This document shows positions 1 to 7,601 of a stretch of DNA of 64,000 nt, piece by piece. The stretch's first letter is position 1. Every line of letters begins with the position of its first letter. The DNA is taken from positions 310,001 through 374,000 of IMG/VR virus record IMGVR_UViG_3300034073_003340. The stretch is one strand, 5' to 3'. The position numbers and the translations under genes are program-made. The notes below the pieces were generated by a model. It had not been told where the DNA came from. It made no database searches and was given only the letters and a program-made list of their open reading frames with translations.

Positions 1-272
1 CAAATGCTAGACTTGTCTCGATTTGCTTCCATGGCAATTCGTTCAGCTTCGGCCTGCGCTTTGCGCTCTGCCTTTGTTGGAACAGCCGTCATAGCTTTGA
101 TGTAACCGGCCTGTTCCTCGGCACCCATACGAGATAACACATCTTCTCGAATGAATTCAAACCGACTAATTTCTGTGCTTTCTGCGTTATGACCCCGGAG
201 ACTTCGTAGTCGCATATCAATCAACTGGAGATACTTCTGGTTTTCCGTGAGGATGATCTTATCGTCGGCCAT
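1..272 (-). CDS. hypothetical protein, 3' end outside window
   Basis: Open frame from ATG at 272 (MADDKIILTENQKYLQLIDMRLRSL...) runs off the left edge. Confidence 0.65.
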   Translation of the reverse strand, partial: MADDKIILTENQKYLQLIDMRLRSLRGHNAESTEISRFEFIREDVLSRMGAEEQAGYIKAMTAVPTKAERKAQAEAERIAMEANRDKSSI

Positions 273-348
273 GCTTGTTCCTTTTGCTCTAGTGAGAACA
301 CCAGTAGAGCAAGGCAACGCAGGTAACAATATCTTTTTTGCTCAAAAG

Positions 349-379
349 AAAACCCCCGGCCTTTGAGACCGGGGGTTTT
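349..379 (-). terminator. intrinsic terminator at the end of the tRNA array
   Basis: aaaacccccgg/ccgggggtttt inverted repeat directly after the last tRNA. Confidence 0.75.
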
Positions 380-464
380 GGCGGAAAGCTAGAGACTCGA
401 ACTCTACCCCTTGCGGAGCACATTCCTTAGCAGGGAAGTCCAGACCCTGTCTGGTTAACTTTCC
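379..464 (-). tRNA. tRNA-Ser(GCT)
   Basis: Cloverleaf, loop CT-GCT-AA, long variable arm, G73, CCA encoded. Confidence 0.9.
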
Positions 465-483
465 GTAATGCTGACTAACAGCT

Positions 484-569
484 TGGCGGATAGCGAGGGA
501 CTCGAACTCTACCCCTTGCGGAGCCAATCGCTTTCCAGGCGATGCCACACCCTGTGTGGTTCACTATCC
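484..569 (-). tRNA. tRNA-Ser(GGA)
   Basis: ATCGC-CTGGAAA-GCGAT arm, long variable arm, CCA. Confidence 0.9.
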
Positions 570-570
570 G

Positions 571-659
571 TGGAGGAAGACTAGGGACTTGAACCCTACA
601 CCCATAAGGGTGCCCACTGGTTTCGAATCAGGTCCGGGGCCCTCCCCGGTTAATCTTCC
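571..659 (-). tRNA. tRNA-Ser(CGA)
   Basis: Loop TT-CGA-AA, long variable arm, CCA, imperfect anticodon stem. Confidence 0.8.
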
Positions 660-668
660 ATGGTATTT

Positions 669-816
669 AGTTGAGGGCAAGTATCCGTATGGCATCTTTC
701 CGTTGCGTTTGCCAATTCCGCCACTTCCCGTCACAGAGTCGGGAAGCCAGGACTCGAACCTGGAAGACTAAAAGTCCACAGTTTTCTTTGATAAGCCAAA
801 CAATCGGCCCTCAACT
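669..816 (-). ncRNA. Y-RNA-like element A enclosing a permuted class II tRNA-like module
   Basis: AGTTGAGGGC-CGA...TTATC / CTTGCCCTCAACT; inside, T-arm plus CTTCCCG precede CGGGAAG plus D-arm. Confidence 0.75.
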
Positions 817-819
817 TTG

Positions 820-892
820 CGACCTATAGGGGAATCGAACCCCTCAAATTCCGCTAGACAGGCGGTTCTCTTTCCCAGCTGAGTCATAGGCC
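820..892 (-). tRNA. tRNA-Asp(GTC)
   Basis: Loop CT-GTC-TA, G73, CAA instead of CCA. Confidence 0.85.
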
Positions 893-1135
893 ATATGACA
901 CATTTTATGATGTGTAGCTATCAACAATCTTAGCAATTGCTCGATGTCTTTGTCTATATTCTTTTGCCGAAGCATTGGCTTCAAAATCCGTTGAATGGTA
1001 GGTTCCCATAACCAAGGTCCTACAATCCTCGCTGATCATAAACCATCGGAAGCGCCCACAAGGCTGAAGCAACACTTCGATCATTTTTCACCAATAATAT
1101 GAGTGGATTATGCTCATATTTACCTGGTGTTAGTT

Positions 1136-1274
1136 TCAACGGGCAAGTTGCGAAAAGGATGTTTTTCGGTGTCCTAACCACTAGACGAACCCCGCATAAT
1201 ATAGAGCGGGGTATGGGATTCGAACCCATGTAACCGGCGTGATAAGCGATAACCCTTATCAGTCGGCCCGTTGA
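1136..1274 (-). ncRNA. Y-RNA-like element B enclosing a permuted tRNA-Asp-like module (ATC)
   Basis: TCAACGGGC-CGA...GGGTTATC / CTTGCCCGTTGA; ACCCCGC and GCGGGGT form a 7-bp acceptor stem in reversed order. Confidence 0.8.
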
Positions 1275-1682
1275 TTATTTTGGATTGCGCATCATATCCA
1301 CTGCGCCGTCAACCTCATCTAAAACCTCGAAGCCATGCTTTTTATACCAAGCCACCAAAGCTTCAGTCGAGGTATCAGCATAACCATCGGCACTGAGTTT
1401 GATAGTCACGCCATGCTTGTCGGCGAGATCGCATATGGCGCGCAAAGCTTGGGTTCCGGAACCGGAGCCTGAGCCCTGTATATCACTTAAACGAATAGAG
1501 CTATTTCCTTGACCTCGGACTTCCACCTTGGCTGATCCAATAAGTCTCTGACGATGATTGAATGGACTCTCTTGTGAGATGCTATCAAGTTCATCAAGCA
1601 ACCTCTGAGTGGGAGAATCAGGATCAGGAGTGGTCTTCCCCAATTTTATGGTTAGCTCATTTGTGATTTCATTCCAGCGCAT
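1275..1682 (-). CDS. late protein with GNAT-like domain
   Basis: Start at MRWNEITNE after TAAATA; GSGTQALRAICDLAD...LVAWYKKHGF resembles a GNAT acetyl-CoA-binding motif. Confidence 0.55.
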   Translation of the reverse strand: MRWNEITNELTIKLGKTTPDPDSPTQRLLDELDSISQESPFNHRQRLIGSAKVEVRGQGNSSIRLSDIQGSGSGSGTQALRAICDLADKHGVTIKLSADGYADTSTEALVAWYKKHGFEVLDEVDGAVDMMRNPK

Positions 1683-1693
1683 GTTGTATTTAT

Positions 1694-1764
1694 TGGCGCT
1701 CCGAGTAGGATTCGAACCTACAATAGCAGTCTTAGGAGGACCGCTCCCATCCATTGGCCGGAGC
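1694..1764 (-). tRNA. tRNA-Arg(CCT), short D-arm
   Basis: Loop CT-CCT-AA, T-arm, CCA; only 71 nt. Confidence 0.8.
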
Positions 1765-2061
1765 ATCTTTCCAAGTCAACTTAAACAACATAGCGTCTTT
1801 GGGATCCACAAAGCTGAAGCCTCGACGATGATCATCTGTGTAAAGCTTATAGGTAAAATACTTGATCTTGCGCTCTTCCAGCCAGTTGATCAATATCATC
1901 CATATGGGAGGATCCGCATATGTGTCCAACACATCTATTTCCAACATAAAGGTGACCTGTAGTTTTTCCGCAAGATCACCTAGATTGGCACGATTGCGAT
2001 TGGCTCGTATTTTCATACGAGTGTGCATATAAGGATTATGTTTGAATGGGCCTTTGAACAT
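1732..2061 (-). CDS. small protein, DAxLFKLxW family
   Basis: ORF track; C-terminal FVDPKDAMLFKLTW; tail overlaps the tRNA-Arg gene. Confidence 0.7.
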   Translation of the reverse strand: MFKGPFKHNPYMHTRMKIRANRNRANLGDLAEKLQVTFMLEIDVLDTYADPPIWMILINWLEERKIKYFTYKLYTDDHRRGFSFVDPKDAMLFKLTWKDAPANGWERSS

Positions 2062-2066
2062 TCCTT

Positions 2067-2094
2067 ATTCTAACATAGAGTAGAGAAATGTCAA
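2067..2094 (-). promoter_or_regulatory. sigma70-like promoter
   Basis: TTGACA-N16-TAGAAT just upstream of ORF 2061. Confidence 0.5.
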
Positions 2095-2096
2095 CC

Positions 2097-2173
2097 TGGC
2101 GTCCTCGAGAGGATTCGAACCTCTGACCTGAAGATTAGAAGTCTCCTGCTCTATCCAGCTGAGCTACGAGGAC
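2097..2173 (-). tRNA. tRNA-Arg(TCT)
   Basis: Canonical cloverleaf, CT-TCT-AA, CCA. Confidence 0.95.
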
Positions 2174-2179
2174 ATCAAG

Positions 2180-2869
2180 TTATTTTCTTACGATGAATTC
2201 CTTGCTATTGCCGGAATTCGTAATCCACACTATTCGGTTACGATCAATTTCGCTAGAAAAAACTTCGGCCTTGTCCAAGATTTTTTGGTTATACTCTAGA
2301 GCCCATTTTCGATCACTCAAGAGATCTTTCTTCAGGTCGTCGCCATCTGTTATAAAGCTCTTTTTGGAATTATAGATATTGTAATATTCAGGGTGTTCCC
2401 GATTTCTCACATAATAGCGACCATCGACCTTTAAAAATCCAGACTCTTCGTATTTGGAAACCAGTTGATCGATTTCTTCTTCTGATTTGACTGGTTTTAA
2501 AAGCTCTCTCCAGTTACCCGACGTTCTCATACCAGCAAAATGTTCCGCTACCCTCTTGTCAGAGCTCCAGGATTCCAAGATACCCTTTTGCCAAGTGGTG
2601 TATGAACCATCCTTGATGATACCTCTGTAGAGTGAAACTTTAGGAGGCAATGATGCTCTCACAGGAGCAAAAGCTGCCTCAATCTCTTGAGCAATCTCAT
2701 CATTGGCCTTGATATGATTTACTAAATCACCTTCGGTCCAATTCACAGTTTCCCATAAATCAATAGCCGATTGAGCTTCACGACTAAGAGTCGAGTAAGC
2801 TTTCTTGGCCAGTCCAAACACATTGCTGATCGGGGCTTTTTCGAAGATTTCTTTGTAACGCATAGCCAT
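2180..2869 (-). CDS. ADP-ribosyltransferase-like late protein (R-S-E type)
   Basis: LYRG...SWSSD..VA..FA...KEFIV motifs; TATAAATA abuts the start; N-terminus MRYKEIFE. Confidence 0.6.
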   Translation of the reverse strand: MAMRYKEIFEKAPISNVFGLAKKAYSTLSREAQSAIDLWETVNWTEGDLVNHIKANDEIAQEIEAAFAPVRASLPPKVSLYRGIIKDGSYTTWQKGILESWSSDKRVAEHFAGMRTSGNWRELLKPVKSEEEIDQLVSKYEESGFLKVDGRYYVRNREHPEYYNIYNSKKSFITDGDDLKKDLLSDRKWALEYNQKILDKAEVFSSEIDRNRIVWITNSGNSKEFIVRK

Positions 2870-2894
2870 ATTTATAGGCTAGAAGCAAACGATA

Positions 2895-3593
2895 TCACGT
2901 ACCGACTACAAAAACATCAACAGTCGTGTTAGCGTTCACCATGTTAAAAGTGGTGAGCAGACCTGAAACGTTCTGAGATTTCACATAACCTCGAATAGAG
3001 GTATTGGATGATTCCTGTCTAGATACGCTTACAAAGCATGAGTCATTGGCATTGATTCCAGATGACGCGTTTGGTCTAGCATTGGCACCAACAAACAATA
3101 CTGTTGTAAAATTGGCAGATGATATATCACAAGTCCAAACACCGTTACTGGAGGCAACTGAACCTGTCCAGAATTTCACATTGGAATCTATTAGACCGCT
3201 TGATCCAAAAGGCGTAGAGTAGCCTTTTGGGCGTCCTATCACATTCCATTGTGAACCATTGTATACTAATGAAACACCGGAATAGTTAACATTGATTACC
3301 AAAGAGGATTCACCATCAATCAGTTTTCCGTTGCCCTGAATTGTGATGTTATGAACGGCCGCATTTCCGTTGCCGTCTTTTATCTTAATCATCTTTCCCG
3401 AAGATGGATCAGAGGGAAGATTGAGCACAGTGGGAGAATTTCTCGTCACCACTACCACTGAGTTGAGCATTGAAATCAAAGTAGGGGAAGTTGTCACGAT
3501 GGCAACATCAGCAAGAACGTTGGACAGATCAGCAAGAGCTTTTTCATCCAGTGTTTCTTCTAAATCTTTGATTTGCTTGATACGGACCTGCAC
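2895..3593 (-). CDS. putative virion structural or tail-fibre-like protein
   Basis: S/T/V/G/N-rich beta sequence; TITIxGNGxxIDG...LVYNGSQW-type module typical of fibre proteins. Confidence 0.5.
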   Translation of the reverse strand: MQVRIKQIKDLEETLDEKALADLSNVLADVAIVTTSPTLISMLNSVVVVTRNSPTVLNLPSDPSSGKMIKIKDGNGNAAVHNITIQGNGKLIDGESSLVINVNYSGVSLVYNGSQWNVIGRPKGYSTPFGSSGLIDSNVKFWTGSVASSNGVWTCDISSANFTTVLFVGANARPNASSGINANDSCFVSVSRQESSNTSIRGYVKSQNVSGLLTTFNMVNANTTVDVFVVGT

Positions 3594-3731
3594 CGTGTTT
3601 CCTCTATACTATAGGTGCGATATTTTGATTATCACACCAAGATAGAGTCAGGCTCCCAATATGTCAATATTAACCCTAGGTTAACCTATCCAAAGCTCGT
3701 CTTTTGACATATTATGTGATTTGAAAAGAAT

Positions 3732-3885
3732 AAGATCCAAGGCCGGATTCCACACCCCGGCTCCAACACGGTTACCGGGTTCTCTGCCCGGACCGTCAGC
3801 CCAACAAAGCAATCACTAGCCTTGGGGGTGAGGGCTCCGGAAACCCAACCTTATCCCAATATTCATTCATGCCTTCAAGGATCTT
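3732..3885 (-). ncRNA. unassigned structured RNA candidate
   Basis: Closed by AAGATCC/GGATCTT; shares GAATATTGGG and AAGGTTGGGT with 4406-4474. Confidence 0.4.
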
Positions 3886-3934
3886 GGTGCTTTCACTGAG
3901 AATCGAACTCAATTTGTAGCCAATCTACAGAAGC
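3885..3934 (-). pseudogene. 50-nt mini-tRNA (acceptor, one arm, T-arm, CCA)
   Basis: GCTTCTGTAG start is identical to tRNA-Ile at 13161; TTCGATT T-loop; ACCA end. Confidence 0.5.
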
Positions 3935-3981
3935 ATAGTCATGAGCAGGTGGGTCAGCTTTTCAACTGACCCACCGCATGA

Positions 3982-4068
3982 TTAGATAATCATGAACAGA
4001 TGGTTGAGGATGATTGAGATCAGATATCCCAGCATCGCTTCAACGATCACGCGAATAATACACGCCAT
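3982..4068 (-). CDS. 28-aa hydrophobic peptide
   Basis: AAGGAGG SD, MACIIRVIVEAMLGYLISIILNHLFMII*. Confidence 0.6.
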   Translation of the reverse strand: MACIIRVIVEAMLGYLISIILNHLFMII

Positions 4069-4115
4069 CTTAGCACCTCCTTGAGGTTGCTACATCCGTT
4101 AAAACCTAACAAGAA

Positions 4116-4148
4116 TCAACGGATGTAAATTGTTTTAACATACATCAT
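4116..4148 (-). CDS. 10-aa leader peptide (uORF)
   Basis: AAGGAG SD, MMYVKTIYIR*; the ORF end forms one arm of a 10-bp hairpin. Confidence 0.4.
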   Translation of the reverse strand: MMYVKTIYIR

Positions 4149-4319
4149 TGTTTTCTCCTTTTTTAGGCTTCGTGATGATCTAGAGGGTAAATTACCCTCT
4201 AAGGCACAACCACGAGTCGTGCTTAGCCTTCGCTATTAATGAGTTGTTAGCCCCAACATAGCTACGATGTTACCATCGATTTCTTATCATACACAACTAA
4301 CTTTGTTGTGTCTATATTC

Positions 4320-4401
4320 TGGTGCTGACGGTGGGACTCGAACCCACGATGTGGTATGAGGCCTTACGAAAGCCTTGGAATCGCCGCTATCCGACATCAG
4401 C
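4320..4401 (-). tRNA. tRNA-Thr(CGT)
   Basis: AGGCT-TTCGTAA-GGCCT arm, extended variable loop, CCA. Confidence 0.8.
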
Positions 4402-4405
4402 AGAT

Positions 4406-4474
4406 TAGGACCCAATATTCATAGCGTCCCCGCTTTAGATGGGAGTGACCCAACCTTGCCCGCTTGGGGCCTTA
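4406..4474 (-). ncRNA. unassigned small structured RNA candidate
   Basis: AGGCCCCAA/TTGGGTCCT closing stem; motifs shared with 3732-3885. Confidence 0.35.
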
Positions 4475-4477
4475 CCT

Positions 4478-4553
4478 TGGTGCCGGCACGAGGGATCGAA
4501 CCCCGGGCCTCAAGATTACAAATCTAGCGCTCTACCAACTGAGCTATACCGGC
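4478..4553 (-). tRNA. tRNA-Thr(TGT)
   Basis: Canonical, TT-TGT-AA, CCA. Confidence 0.92.
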
Positions 4554-4685
4554 ATGTGAGTGGTCCAATGTCTGTTGCCAGCACAGTCCCTTAGGGACTT
4601 CATTGGACCACTGATTTGTGTTTAACAAAAGTGGCCACCTTTGTCAAACTAAAACATTAGCCAGTACATCCGTGGTCTAATGTTT

Positions 4686-4756
4686 TGGAGCCCCAACTAG
4701 GATTCGAACCTAGCCTCCAGCGTTCGAAGCGCCGGGTCCCATCCATGGGCTGGGGC
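4686..4756 (-). tRNA. tRNA-Arg(TCG), short D-arm
   Basis: CGGCG-CTTCGAA-CGCTG arm, CCA, 71 nt. Confidence 0.82.
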
Positions 4757-4757
4757 A

Positions 4758-5054
4758 TTACGCCGGACAGCGATCAAAAACCAACTTGAACGCCATCGCA
4801 TGTCGTTTTTCCATGAACCAGATTTCCATCTGGTCACCTATACCTTCTTCTATTGGGGTATCAACCCAATAGTCGCCGCGTGGGCCAACCATTCTATTGA
4901 GCCATTCTTCAGTTTCTGGTTTCATCCAACGATGCCTAGTCAAGTATTGCTTGAGAGTCATTGTTGGATGATTTTTAAAAGGTTCATAGAATCGATCTGT
5001 TTCAGCTTCGGATAGTTCAAAAACGTATCCGCCTTCATCTTCATAAAGATTCAT
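4758..5054 (-). CDS. small protein, DAxLFKLxW family
   Basis: AGGAGG SD; C-terminal WFMEKRHAMAFKLVF. Confidence 0.75.
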   Translation of the reverse strand: MNLYEDEGGYVFELSEAETDRFYEPFKNHPTMTLKQYLTRHRWMKPETEEWLNRMVGPRGDYWVDTPIEEGIGDQMEIWFMEKRHAMAFKLVFDRCPA

Positions 5055-5105
5055 AAGTCACCTCCTACACCCAGATTATAACCAGGTGTAAGAGATGTCA
5101 ACACC

Positions 5106-5375
5106 TTACTTTTCAGAAAGTGGCTGAGTAGTGGCATATCGCAGCAAAGCGGTAATAATACCAACTACTGTCAGGATAACACCGCTATGCTCACCCATAA
5201 GGGCCTGCATCGAAGGCAAATAAATTTGAAGGGCGCCAAAAATAGTCAGTGCCGTTGAAAACCAAATCGTCTTAGACTTGGCCGCTTTGATTAGCCATGT
5301 CTTAGCGTTAATCCCCATTGCCTGAAGCATATCAAGATATGGGATAACATTTGGTTCTTTGCTTGGTTCAGTCAT
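5106..5375 (-). CDS. two-TM membrane protein, possibly holin-like
   Basis: Two hydrophobic segments, AAGGAG SD, TAAATA upstream. Confidence 0.5.
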   Translation of the reverse strand: MTEPSKEPNVIPYLDMLQAMGINAKTWLIKAAKSKTIWFSTALTIFGALQIYLPSMQALMGEHSGVILTVVGIITALLRYATTQPLSEK

Positions 5376-5418
5376 AGTCGATCTCCTTGTCAGAGTGTCG
5401 ACTATTTACCGCAATGGT

Positions 5419-5491
5419 ATATGGGCAAGTTGGTGGCCAGGGGCTTGGTTCAAAGTTTGAGTTTGATAACCCTGAGCCGTCCGGCCCATAT
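5419..5491 (-). ncRNA. Y-RNA-like element G (no tRNA module)
   Basis: ATATGGGC-CGG...GGGTTATC / CTTGCCCATAT. Confidence 0.7.
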
Positions 5492-5493
5492 TT

Positions 5494-5570
5494 TGGTTGC
5501 GGAGGACGGATTCGAACCGCCGACCTTTAGGTTATGAGCCTAACGAGCTACCAGGCTGCTCCACCCCGCG
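5494..5570 (-). tRNA. tRNA-fMet(CAT)
   Basis: C1:A72 mismatch, CT-CAT-AA, CCA. Confidence 0.92.
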
Positions 5571-5614
5571 TCAATACGATTAGCAAGAACTGTTTCTTGT
5601 GTCAATAATTTTTG

Positions 5615-5803
5615 TGGAGACGACGGGATTCGAACCCGCACGAAAAGCTGACCCAAGCATTACCAAGGGCTGGTGTGTAGGTTCAAAGACTCGTCGCGAG
5701 CCTATAAAAAATATCCCACACCATCTTACGCAACCTTTCAGGTTTTACCCTGAATCGCGGTCTTGTCTTTTGCGATTGCCTGTCCCTCTAGGCGGACGTC
5801 CCC
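5615..5803 (-). ncRNA. tmRNA-like or tRNA-Ala-like RNA with a ~115-nt internal domain
   Basis: Acceptor GGGGACG/CGTCTCC with G3:U70 and A73; T-arm GCGGG-TTCGAAT-CCCGT; no anticodon arm. Confidence 0.55.
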
Positions 5804-5829
5804 ATGTAGTGAATTTTTAGTCTACCAGG

Positions 5830-5902
5830 TACAGGGTGGGAGAATCGAACTCCCTTCTTCCGATTTTCAGCCGGCCGCATTGACCACAGTTGCTTACCCT
5901 GC
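5830..5902 (-). tRNA. tRNA-Phe(GAA)
   Basis: CT-GAA-AA loop; CCA not encoded. Confidence 0.85.
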
Positions 5903-5922
5903 ATGAGGGAGTAGACTCGCGC

Positions 5923-6291
5923 CTACTCCCCTTCGAACTTTGCCTTTAAGGCTTCGTAGAGCTTTCGCTCTTCGTCGTCCTTTTTCAGCTTCTTTGCGAG
6001 GGCGGTTGCTCGTCTCTTTTCAGCGGCAATCGCAGCTTTTGCCTTTTTGGCTTTCAGCTTTTCAATTCGCGTTTCATATTCATCATCCGTCTCCAGACGA
6101 TTACATGACAGACGAATTGTTACCTCACAATCATCATAATACCAGTTGGTTTCGACGTAGAGTTCTAAACCCTCGCCATACTGGGCTATGAGATCCGCCA
6201 GTTTGTAGGTTTCATGCGTGTTGAGGATTTCAACAGTATGTGATACATTCCGACGGGCAAGTTCTTTTTCGTTCAAATCAACCATATTCAC
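5923..6291 (-). CDS. hypothetical protein
   Basis: AGGAGG SD, basic coiled-coil C-terminus. Confidence 0.7.
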   Translation of the reverse strand: MNMVDLNEKELARRNVSHTVEILNTHETYKLADLIAQYGEGLELYVETNWYYDDCEVTIRLSCNRLETDDEYETRIEKLKAKKAKAAIAAEKRRATALAKKLKKDDEERKLYEALKAKFEGE

Positions 6292-6334
6292 CTCCTATTC
6301 CAACACAAAAGGATAGAGGTTTCCAAGGTATCAT

Positions 6335-6410
6335 TGGAGGCCCCAGTGGGAATCGAACCCACATAGATCCGCTTTGCAGGCGGTCACAATTCCCATTCTG
6401 TCATGGGGCC
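6335..6410 (-). tRNA. tRNA-Cys(GCA)
   Basis: CT-GCA-AA, U73, CCA. Confidence 0.88.
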
Positions 6411-6431
6411 ATGTTGCTGTTCAAAACAGCT

Positions 6432-6505
6432 TGGAGCGGGTGAAGGGAATCGAACCCTCGTCTTCAGCTTGGAAGGCTGTAATAATACCATTATACGACA
6501 CCCGC
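6432..6505 (-). tRNA. tRNA-Gly(TCC)
   Basis: CT-TCC-AA, U73, CCA. Confidence 0.92.
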
Positions 6506-6508
6506 GTG

Positions 6509-6670
6509 TCAGGTCTTCTTTGAGATGCCAAAACACCTGAGAAGCTTTGCCAAAAAGGGATGGCGCTCACTGAAGGTCAGCGGTCGAAACCAACAGTAAT
6601 CGTGAGCAATACCCTCACGAGTATCACAGCACCATTCTCCGTTTTCATCATAGTGATGATCTAGGTTCAT
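6509..6670 (-). CDS. small hypothetical protein
   Basis: Start MNLDHHYDENGEWCC after an AGAGG SD, lying between two tRNAs. Confidence 0.45.
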   Translation of the reverse strand: MNLDHHYDENGEWCCDTREGIAHDYCWFRPLTFSERHPFLAKLLRCFGISKKT

Positions 6671-6685
6671 CAAAGCCTCTTTGGT

Positions 6686-6763
6686 TGGAGCGGGTAACGG
6701 GAATCGAACCCGTCTCTTCACCATGGCAAGGTGACATAATCCAGACCAATATACTATACCCGC
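6686..6763 (-). tRNA. tRNA-Gly(GCC)
   Basis: TT-GCC-AT, U73, CCA. Confidence 0.9.
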
Positions 6764-6769
6764 GTGTTC

Positions 6770-6990
6770 AATCTTGAAGATCCGTAGCCGCGATCTTGTT
6801 CTATGCTACAATCTACCTACCTGAATATCACTATTCAAGTGCCTCGCCATTATGCGATGAGACCTTATTGGTCTCCGGCTGCGCCAACCCGACCATATAG
6901 CTGAAGGATTGCCATGGTCTGTTTGGCTTGCTGGCTTAATCACGGTGGTCTCTTCCCTTGTGCTGGTCTATTCGCCCAACTCCCACTCGT
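6770..6990 (-). ncRNA. rnpB: RNase P RNA, 3' piece
   Basis: P15 GCCAA/TTGGC with L15 GGU, P16 GACCAT/ATGGTC, P18 with GUGA loop, and the 3' strands of P2 (TGTAGC), P4 (TCGCGGCT) and P1 (CAAGATT). Confidence 0.8.
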
Positions 6991-7590
6991 TCACTTCTTA
7001 CGGTTTGTTTTTCTGGCCTTAATCAACTGAGAAGCTTTCTCTTTTCCGTGAATTTCTACTAGGGTTTTACCCTTTAGTTTGGCTCTGATATTATCTCCCC
7101 AACCCTCAGGGACCGTTCTCCCTTTAGACCACCCTTGCTTAGTCCAAGTATCAAGCTCATCCGACTTGATCTTTTTATTACCAAGTTCTGGATGAGTGAT
7201 CCATATAGATCCAAATTGGGTATTGTTAGAACCAACACCGACTTGTTTTAGTTGTCGGGTAGATTGTCTCTTCTTCTGAGCTTGTGGCGTTTGAGCAAAC
7301 TTTCGAGCAAATTCATACCCGCCGTCACCGCCCTTTGTCAAATTATAGGTATCAGTGCGGGCTACAAACTCTTCTGTAACGACCTCTTTCTCTTTCAGAT
7401 ACATTTCTGATCTTGAAGAAAAATTTTCTAGAACCTCCTTTTGAAAGTTCTCGATACCATACTTGGCAATAGCTGACTTGATAAGTTCTCCTGAACCCAT
7501 ATAGCCATCGTCTAAATCAGTAGTTGAATGAACCCCGATATAGATCTTGCCATTAATGAGATTGGTGATCTTGTAGAGTATGTAATTCAT
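6991..7590 (-). CDS. GIY-YIG homing endonuclease (Seg-like)
   Basis: YILYKITNLINGKIYIGVH...YMGSG...KYG.ENF.KEVLE...E...YN motifs; own TAAATA box. Confidence 0.9.
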   Translation of the reverse strand: MNYILYKITNLINGKIYIGVHSTTDLDDGYMGSGELIKSAIAKYGIENFQKEVLENFSSRSEMYLKEKEVVTEEFVARTDTYNLTKGGDGGYEFARKFAQTPQAQKKRQSTRQLKQVGVGSNNTQFGSIWITHPELGNKKIKSDELDTWTKQGWSKGRTVPEGWGDNIRAKLKGKTLVEIHGKEKASQLIKARKTNRKK

Positions 7591-7601
7591 ACTCTATTTA
7601 C

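Noticed and set aside
4165-4300. Fluoride or c-di-GMP riboswitch upstream of the uORF
   Set aside because: Only partial resemblance; the conserved cores are missing.
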